Assembly: GCA_017513475.1 (NCBI GenBank)
Contig: JAFXFR010000027.1
Span: 9,882-73,881, forward strand
Reading direction: 5' to 3'
Length of the DNA: 64,000 bases
Origin: Clostridia bacterium
GTDB lineage: Bacteria > Bacillota > Clostridia > Christensenellales > Aristaeellaceae
The position numbers were made by a program, and so were the translations under genes. The notes beneath the pieces were generated by a model. That model was not told where the DNA came from. It was given only the letters and a program-made list of their open reading frames with translations, and searched no databases. Below, in pieces: positions 58,631-64,000 of this stretch. The stretch's first letter is position 1, and each line of letters begins with the position of its first letter.

Positions 58631-59484
58631 AAGGACTTCTCCATGTTGTACCAGTATTCTTCGGAGGGGATCGCCTCCGGCCAGGGGAAAGTGCGGTCGG
58701 CGGCCTTCCAGGCGGATTCATCCGCAAGGGTGAGGCCCATGCCTGCCGCGACGGTGCTGACGTGCCGGATGAGCTGCATTGCGCCCTGGGGTTCTGCCGT
58801 GTGCATGACGTGCAGCACCGCGCGGCTCAGCTCCGGCGCAATGAGGGCCGCGCCGGTGGCAATGAAGGCCCGCGCAACGTCGTTCACGTCATAATGGGCG
58901 GTGTGGTGGGTGACCTCCGTGCCGTCCAGCACAAGGAAGGGCGCGAGGCCGGGCTCGCCATATTCCGTGGAGCCGGGCGGCAGCTCCCGCATGCCGGTGC
59001 TGCCGGGGTTGACGCCGCGTCTGCCGCAGTGCGTCACGTCCCAGGGGGTGTGGTTGTGCCCGGAAAGCAGCAGCGTCACCTCACCGGGCAGCGCGTCCAG
59101 CAGGTCCGGCACCTCCGGCGGCTGCACCAGATGATAGGGATCCCCCGGTGTGCCGTGGGTGAAGAGGACGCTGCCTCTGCGCAGATCCGTGGGCAGGCGC
59201 AGGTCAATGCCGCGCATCTGCTCCGCCGCCCAGCGCATCAGCCGCCAGTTGTAGCCGTCGAACTCTGCATCCGCCGGACGGGTCAGGCGCTCCTCGTGGT
59301 TGCCCAGCAGCATGAACGCGCCCAGATCCACCAGCCGGTCATGCACCGCGCGGCTCTGGGGGCCGAAGTTGACGTGATCCCCCAGGGACACGATGCCCGC
59401 GCATTTTTGCGCCGCCGGATGGGCCAGCACGGCTTCCAGCGCAGGCAGATTGCCGTGAATATCAGCCAGGACAAGGGTGGACAT
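58627..59484 (-). CDS. Metallophosphoesterase
   Basis: LADIHGN, GDHVNFG and GNHE motifs. GAAAGGAGG RBS precedes ATG 59484. Its stop overlaps the mnmE start (ATGA). Confidence 0.7.
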   Translation of the reverse strand: MSTLVLADIHGNLPALEAVLAHPAAQKCAGIVSLGDHVNFGPQSRAVHDRLVDLGAFMLLGNHEERLTRPADAEFDGYNWRLMRWAAEQMRGIDLRLPTDLRRGSVLFTHGTPGDPYHLVQPPEVPDLLDALPGEVTLLLSGHNHTPWDVTHCGRRGVNPGSTGMRELPPGSTEYGEPGLAPFLVLDGTEVTHHTAHYDVNDVARAFIATGAALIAPELSRAVLHVMHTAEPQGAMQLIRHVSTVAAGMGLTLADESAWKAADRTFPWPEAIPSEEYWYNMEKSL

Positions 59485-59580
59485 GGGCGCGCCTCCTTTC
59501 GGGGATTCGCTACCATTATAGCATGCGCACCGGAGAAGCGCAATCAAAAAAGGCCCCCCCATGAGCGGAGGGGCCAGGGG

Positions 59581-59817
59581 TCAGTAGGTCATGGCGCGGT
59601 CAGAGTCGGCGGCGCCGTCGGTGGTGGGGTCGATCACTACGCCCAGGGCGGTCAGGAGCGTCAGCAGCGTCTGCAGCAGGGACAGCAGCCAGTCCTCCGA
59701 CAGGGGCGGGACAAATTCCACCATCGCCAGCAGGTCGTAGACGAAGCTGACGATCAGCGCCAGCACCGAGGCCAGCCAGGTCTTGTTGCGCAGGCGGACC
59801 TTCCAGTTGATTTTCAT
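59581..59817 (-). CDS. Phage holin (phi-LC3-like)
   Basis: 78 aa. The MKINWKVRLRNKTWL N-terminus followed by TM helices is typical of this holin family. It is the last gene of the phage block. Confidence 0.65.
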   Translation of the reverse strand: MKINWKVRLRNKTWLASVLALIVSFVYDLLAMVEFVPPLSEDWLLSLLQTLLTLLTALGVVIDPTTDGAADSDRAMTY

Positions 59818-59821
59818 GGGA

Positions 59822-60046
59822 TCATTCCTTTCTCGCGGCTTTCAGGTCGCGAATGTCGTGCTCGGCTTCATCCATGCGGCCCTCCAGGCGGAAGGTGCGC
59901 TCGATCACCTGATTGTGGCGGTTGACCTGCTTCTCCAGCTGAGCCAGGCGGTACTGGGTCAGCCGGGAGGAGGCGATCACGCCCGCGCAGCTGCCGATGA
60001 GGGTGCATGCGCCGGAAATGATGGCGACGATGATGGCTTCCGTCAT
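59822..60046 (-). CDS. Phage small membrane protein (N-terminal TM plus coiled coil), lysis-cassette associated
   Basis: 74 aa. Located between the endolysin and the holin. ATGA overlap with the endolysin stop. Confidence 0.4.
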   Translation of the reverse strand: MTEAIIVAIISGACTLIGSCAGVIASSRLTQYRLAQLEKQVNRHNQVIERTFRLEGRMDEAEHDIRDLKAARKE

Positions 60047-60720
60047 CCGGGCATCACCTCCCGGCAGACCTCCTCCAGCTTGCCCCAGGTGAGCGGCCCG
60101 ACGACGCCGTCCCGGACCAGGTCATGAGTGGCCTGGAAGGACTTGACGCACTCCAGGGTGATGCGCCCGAAGACGCCGTCGATGGCCAGATCGTACCCGG
60201 CGGAGCGCAGGCAGCGCTGCAGGACGCGCACGGCCTCGCCGCGGTCGCCCCGGCGGAGCAAACCGCGCTCGTCTGCCGGGATGGCGGGGATGGAGTCGGC
60301 AGGCTGTTCGGCGGCTGCCAGCACGCCCCAGTACTTCCAGCGGCCGATCTTGCGGTCTGCCTTGACCTTCATGCCCTCGGTGGAGGCATGGACGATGCGC
60401 AGCGGGCTGACGCTGGTGACCAGGCCGATGTGGCAGAAGTCGCCCTCGTCGTCGCTGAATTTGGCAGGGGTGTCGGGCTTCCACTTGAACACCGCCATGC
60501 CGGGGCGCAGGTCGCGGACGGTGTCGATGGGGCCCTTTTCCCGCAGATGCCTGCGCCAGATGGTGTTGCTGCCGTGATAGATGCGCTGGCCCTGCAGCCG
60601 GTAGGCCCTGACGAACATGCCGGAGCAGTCGATGCCCCGCTGGTCGTTGGTGCCGGGGGTCTTGTAGGGCCAGCCGAGGCAGTCCTCAAAGTCGGAAATC
60701 AGTTTATCAATGTTGATCAT
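60043..60720 (-). CDS. Phage endolysin: NlpC/P60 peptidase plus PG_binding_1 domain
   Basis: Catalytic Cys in GIDCSGMF and His in FCHIGLV. The C-terminal LRRGDRGEAVRVLQRCL...DGVFG...LTWGKL is typical of a peptidoglycan-binding domain. Start at ATG 60720 (GAGGT RBS). Confidence 0.75.
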   Translation of the reverse strand: MINIDKLISDFEDCLGWPYKTPGTNDQRGIDCSGMFVRAYRLQGQRIYHGSNTIWRRHLREKGPIDTVRDLRPGMAVFKWKPDTPAKFSDDEGDFCHIGLVTSVSPLRIVHASTEGMKVKADRKIGRWKYWGVLAAAEQPADSIPAIPADERGLLRRGDRGEAVRVLQRCLRSAGYDLAIDGVFGRITLECVKSFQATHDLVRDGVVGPLTWGKLEEVCREVMPG

Positions 60721-60728
60721 AGCGTACC

Positions 60729-62147
60729 TCAGGTGGTGGTTTTTTCGATGACGGTCATGGTGACGGTGGAGGTCACGCCGACGCTGTCGGAGGCGGAGGA
60801 GCCATAGGGGAGGAAGCTGACGGCATGCTGCCCCTTGGCGATGGAGCCGAGCTCGTCGCGCTTCAAATAGGGCATAAGGCTGAAGGCGCCGGGCTTCCAT
60901 TCGTCATCCGCCGGGGCGTTGCCGTCCACCCGCACGTCGCGGATGGTCGCGCCCGCAGGCACGAAGAAGGTGACGCGGGCGTCCAGCAGGGCAGCCCAAT
61001 CCTCCACGCTGAAGTAGTGCACCACCGGCGCGGTATAGGTGCCGTGGGCGTAGTTGCGCTCCTCCACCGTGGTGACGGTGCCGCCCAGCAGCTTCCCGGC
61101 GGTGACAAGGCGCACCAGCTCGGCCACCTCGTCCTCCTCGGACTGCTGCTTCATGCGGTTGGAGAGGGTCACAACGGCCTGACCGGGTGCGCCGTATACG
61201 TCCTGCTTGTCGATGGCGACGATGCGGTGCTGCACGGTCAGGCCCATGTCCGGCAGGCAGAGGCGGCACATCCGACCCACGCGGAAGCAGTCGATGCTTT
61301 CGCCCGTGGCGGCGGACAGGTCCGCGGCGGTGAGGACGGTGGTGATCTCCGGCTCACTGTGGCGGGACAGGTACATCTCCGCCACGGACTGCAGCGTGGG
61401 CACGTCGAAGATCAGGTCATCCTGGAAGGTGCGGCTGATGAGGCCCAGCTCCTGCACAGCGGCGGATTCGAGGTGGTCGCTGCCGGTGAGGGGCACCAGG
61501 GTGATGCGCCCCGTATCGACCTCCGCGCCGAAGGGATACACGCGGGTGCACAGGCGGCTGCCATCCACCTGATGGCGGACGCTGCCCACGTTGCGGCACA
61601 GGCGGCCCTCGCAGAAGGGCGTGTCCGTCAGGGCGCGGATGTGCAGCTGCCAGGGCATGGCGGACTGATCGAAGTCCAGCGCGTAGCCTTCGGGGAGCAT
61701 GCCCAGAAGGGCGTTCAGCGCGTCGAGGAGGCTGGCGTACTCCGTGGCGAAGATGACGGTGAGGTCATCGGGGGTCTCCACGTCGCCGGGGGCCCACATG
61801 GGAATGGTCTGGCAGTCCAGCAGCCGGGCGAGGGCCTCTGCCACGCTGTCCATGAAGCCCTGGGCAGGGATGACGCTGTCGCCCAGGGTGCAAAGGCCGT
61901 GGGTGAGCTTCACCCGGCGGGCATGGGTTTCATCGGTCTCCACCGCCGTGACGCGGAAGACGCCGACGCTGCCCTGCTCGTCGTAGAGCTCCACCAGGTC
62001 GCGCAGGGCGATCTCCGGGGCGTCCGGCGGGAGCAGCATTTCCGCGGTGGACAGCCCGGACAGCGCCAGATGCAGCGAGAGCTTCACCGGCAGCAGTCGT
62101 GCTTTCTCCCGCTGGGCTGCATCCAGAAGGCGGGGCAGGCGGATCAT
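60729..62147 (-). CDS. Phage tail protein (Tal / Gp37-like minor structural protein)
   Basis: 472 aa. Lies immediately downstream of, and overlapping (ATGA), the Dit-like gene and upstream of the lysis cassette. The family call rests on position and general resemblance. Confidence 0.5.
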   Translation of the reverse strand: MIRLPRLLDAAQREKARLLPVKLSLHLALSGLSTAEMLLPPDAPEIALRDLVELYDEQGSVGVFRVTAVETDETHARRVKLTHGLCTLGDSVIPAQGFMDSVAEALARLLDCQTIPMWAPGDVETPDDLTVIFATEYASLLDALNALLGMLPEGYALDFDQSAMPWQLHIRALTDTPFCEGRLCRNVGSVRHQVDGSRLCTRVYPFGAEVDTGRITLVPLTGSDHLESAAVQELGLISRTFQDDLIFDVPTLQSVAEMYLSRHSEPEITTVLTAADLSAATGESIDCFRVGRMCRLCLPDMGLTVQHRIVAIDKQDVYGAPGQAVVTLSNRMKQQSEEDEVAELVRLVTAGKLLGGTVTTVEERNYAHGTYTAPVVHYFSVEDWAALLDARVTFFVPAGATIRDVRVDGNAPADDEWKPGAFSLMPYLKRDELGSIAKGQHAVSFLPYGSSASDSVGVTSTVTMTVIEKTTT

Positions 62148-62899
62148 GCGTACCGCCCCCTTGCCTTCCAGAGGGCCTCCATGGGCTGGAGGGCCGTTGC
62201 CTGCACGCGGCTGGTTTCCCCGCAGGGAGCCAGCAGCAGGTCATCGCTGCCGGCAGTACGCTTGGCCAGGATGCTCTCGCCGCTGATGACGGCGCTCAGC
62301 AGACCGTCCCCGGCCTCCACATAGCACTTGCCGCCTGCGGGCAGACGGATGTCCTCAAAGATGAGCCAGGTCGTGCCGCACTGCAGGCTCAGGCGGGTCA
62401 CGGGTTCGGAGCCGGTATTGGTTACGGTAACGCTCACCGGAGCTTCCCCTGCTGTGCCGGGAACAGTGAAGACGGATGCGCCGGAGGTGGTGAGAAATGT
62501 GGCCTCGGCGTCTTCCCAATAGGGGCAGCGGGCGGTGATGAATGTGAGCGTCAGCGGCTCTGTCCAGTCCTCGGCGGACATGGAAGGAAACTCGCTGCAC
62601 ACCACCGCCAGCCGCTGGCCGGGCCGGTCGGAGACGGTCAGCATGCCGCCCTTGGCAGCCCAGGTCTGTACGTTCTGCATGGCAGCGCGGCGCAGCCGGG
62701 GCTGCTCCTCCTGGATGGCGAAGGTGACGCGGACAGTAAGGCTCTCCCGGACGGGGCGGATCTGCTGTCCGCCCCGGGGAAGGAGAAAACGGTCAAGGCG
62801 CAGAAGGGGCGTGTCCTCACGGATATCCAGGATGCAGATGCGGTCATCCAGGGAAGCCAGGGACACGCCGTCCAGTGCGCAGGTGTACTTTGTGGTCAT
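62144..62899 (-). CDS. Phage distal tail protein (Dit, Sipho_tail-like)
   Basis: 251 aa. Resembles siphovirus Dit proteins in the N-terminal region and in length. AAAGGAGG RBS. Confidence 0.5.
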   Translation of the reverse strand: MTTKYTCALDGVSLASLDDRICILDIREDTPLLRLDRFLLPRGGQQIRPVRESLTVRVTFAIQEEQPRLRRAAMQNVQTWAAKGGMLTVSDRPGQRLAVVCSEFPSMSAEDWTEPLTLTFITARCPYWEDAEATFLTTSGASVFTVPGTAGEAPVSVTVTNTGSEPVTRLSLQCGTTWLIFEDIRLPAGGKCYVEAGDGLLSAVISGESILAKRTAGSDDLLLAPCGETSRVQATALQPMEALWKARGRYA

Positions 62900-62911
62900 G
62901 GTCAGCCTCCT

Positions 62912-63280
62912 TTATGTGGACGGAAAGAAGCGCAGCGTCCAGCGGGACTGGGCGCCCAGCAGTACCCCGTCCTGCAGGCAGCGGACGGGGCCGTCGCCGG
63001 TGAGGGTGATCGCGCCGGTTTCGACGGTCAGCCATGCGCCGCGAGGGGGCAGCAGACGGTGGAGTGCGTCCAGCTTTGCAAGGCGCTCGGTATGCGCTGA
63101 GCTGCTGCGGCTCCACACCGTCAGGGTGAGGCTGCCGGCGGAGACCGGCGTCAGGGGCGCGGCGATCTCAGCGGTGACGTAGGGGAAAGCGGCGCCCTCG
63201 GGGACGCAGTCCGCCTGGTACACGGGGATCGTCAGCCGGCTCAGGTGATCGGTCAGGGCAGAGAAGATGTGGCTCAGCAC
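62912..63280 (-). CDS. Phage neck/tail-completion-like protein (DUF3168-like)
   Basis: 122 aa. GTG start overlaps the upstream stop. The call rests on its position after the head-tail adaptor and its size. Confidence 0.35.
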   Translation of the reverse strand: MLSHIFSALTDHLSRLTIPVYQADCVPEGAAFPYVTAEIAAPLTPVSAGSLTLTVWSRSSSAHTERLAKLDALHRLLPPRGAWLTVETGAITLTGDGPVRCLQDGVLLGAQSRWTLRFFPST

Positions 63281-63618
63281 GGGATCACCACCCTTTCCAC
63301 GTTCACCTGGGCAAAGCGCAGGCCGGAAAATGCCGGAGCACGCATGCTGTCCGTACGGCTGGAAACGCGGTAGACGGCCTTATCCTTTTCCCTGCAGATG
63401 TAATCGCCTGGGGAGAGGGTCACGTCGTATTCGTGCAAGAGCACCGGCTCCTCCCGAAGGGCTGGCTGACCGCCGTGAGCAGGGCTGTCCCCGGCGGTGA
63501 AGGTCAGTACGCCCCGGAAGGACAGGCACTCCGCATAGGCAGCGATCTCGCCGCCCAGGCCGTCGGGCGTGGACTGCCTCTCCAGGAGCGTGAAGGGTTC
63601 AAACCACTTTTCGATCAT
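63274..63618 (-). CDS. Phage head-tail adaptor / head closure protein
   Basis: 114 aa. Resembles the Phage_H_T_join family (...VLLHEYDVTLSPGDYI...AVYRV..). ATGA overlap with the upstream gene. Confidence 0.5.
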   Translation of the reverse strand: MIEKWFEPFTLLERQSTPDGLGGEIAAYAECLSFRGVLTFTAGDSPAHGGQPALREEPVLLHEYDVTLSPGDYICREKDKAVYRVSSRTDSMRAPAFSGLRFAQVNVERVVIPC

Positions 63619-64000
63619 AGCGTCACCTCTGCAAACATGCGGCGGTAAGGGGCGAGGGCGGGAGCGAAGGCCTCCTGCCAGGTGATGGCGCGGCGGGAAA
63701 CGCTGTACTCGCCCAGCTTCTCGCCGGTGACGGCTGGATCGGGGCTGGCGGCGGCCCAGCAGGCGATATCTCCGCACAGGCGGATGAAATCGGCGGGGGG
63801 ATTGAGACGGTATACCGTGCCGGTCCAGCTCGTGTCGCCCAGATCGGGGATGCCGCCCTTCTCATCCAGCTGGTAGACGCCACAAGGAGCGTCTCCCCCG
63901 GCAACTGCGATCCACATGCCGGGATGGAATCCGTCGGAGGGGGTCAGCGTGCCGTCTGCATGGGTCCAGGCTGCGGAAATGGAATCGCGAATGAAGTGAT
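63615..64000 (-). CDS. Phage protein with a gp6-like head-tail connector C-terminus; 5' end lies outside the window
   Basis: The frame stays open upstream of the tracked Met to the window edge. The C-terminus (..GEKLGEYSVSRRAITWQEAFAPALAPYRRM) resembles gp6-type connectors. Confidence 0.4.
   Translation of the reverse strand, partial: HFIRDSISAAWTHADGTLTPSDGFHPGMWIAVAGGDAPCGVYQLDEKGGIPDLGDTSWTGTVYRLNPPADFIRLCGDIACWAAASPDPAVTGEKLGEYSVSRRAITWQEAFAPALAPYRRMFAEVTL

Larger units (their letters stand above)
59563..64000 (-). mobile_element. Prophage, lysis/tail end (continues beyond the window)
   Basis: A contiguous minus-strand block with overlapping stop/start codons. In transcription order: head-tail joining genes, Dit/Tal-like tail genes, NlpC/P60 endolysin, and small TM proteins including a holin. 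It abuts the metallophosphoesterase promoter. Confidence 0.7.

Overview
This is a 64-kb chromosomal segment from a high-GC, spore-forming Firmicute of class Clostridia. Gene content and the style of the intergenic repeats suggest a gut Oscillospiraceae/Ruminococcaceae-type anaerobe, but that is inference only. I call about 57 chromosomal protein genes plus the lysis/tail end of a prophage that runs from about 59.58 kb to the window end.

Gene content:
- Housekeeping: lgt, glf, comEC, asnA, rplI-dnaB, pfkA, metA plus a split metH, and mnmE.
- Three glycoside hydrolases without adjacent transporters (GH127, GH42, GH2).
- A cluster of peptidases, exported cyclophilins and a LarA-like protein.
- Sporulation genes: two SASPs, a YlaJ-like lipoprotein and two VanY-like peptidases.
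- Two BspA-type LRR surface proteins.
- I saw no rRNA, tRNA, CRISPR array or cas gene.

Most notable observations:
1. An orphan, monocistronic Card1/Can2-like CARF plus PD-(D/E)xK nuclease gene (39064..40251), with no CRISPR or cyclase partner in the window.
2. Unusually long intergenic regions (glf/GT2, rplI/dnaB, dnaB/yhaM and others) built from arrays of short GC-rich stem-loops. They share sequence modules, including one palindrome whose core is inverted between two copies.
3. A 170-bp insertion that duplicates the last 32 bp of metA.
4. A near-identical SD/mini-hairpin leader placed directly before non-ATG start codons of asnA (CTG) and metA (TTG). Further copies lie before a uORF in the ABC-F leader and in the repeat arrays.
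5. An ABC-F ATPase in which one composite ATP site is coherently degenerate.
6. A frameshifted yhaM.
7. A prophage end in which head-tail joining genes abut Dit/Tal-like genes with no tail-tube or tape-measure genes between them.

Many very long ORFs on the opposite strand of real genes are GC-rich shadow ORFs and were rejected. All functional calls rest on my recognition of motifs and family resemblance. No database search was run.
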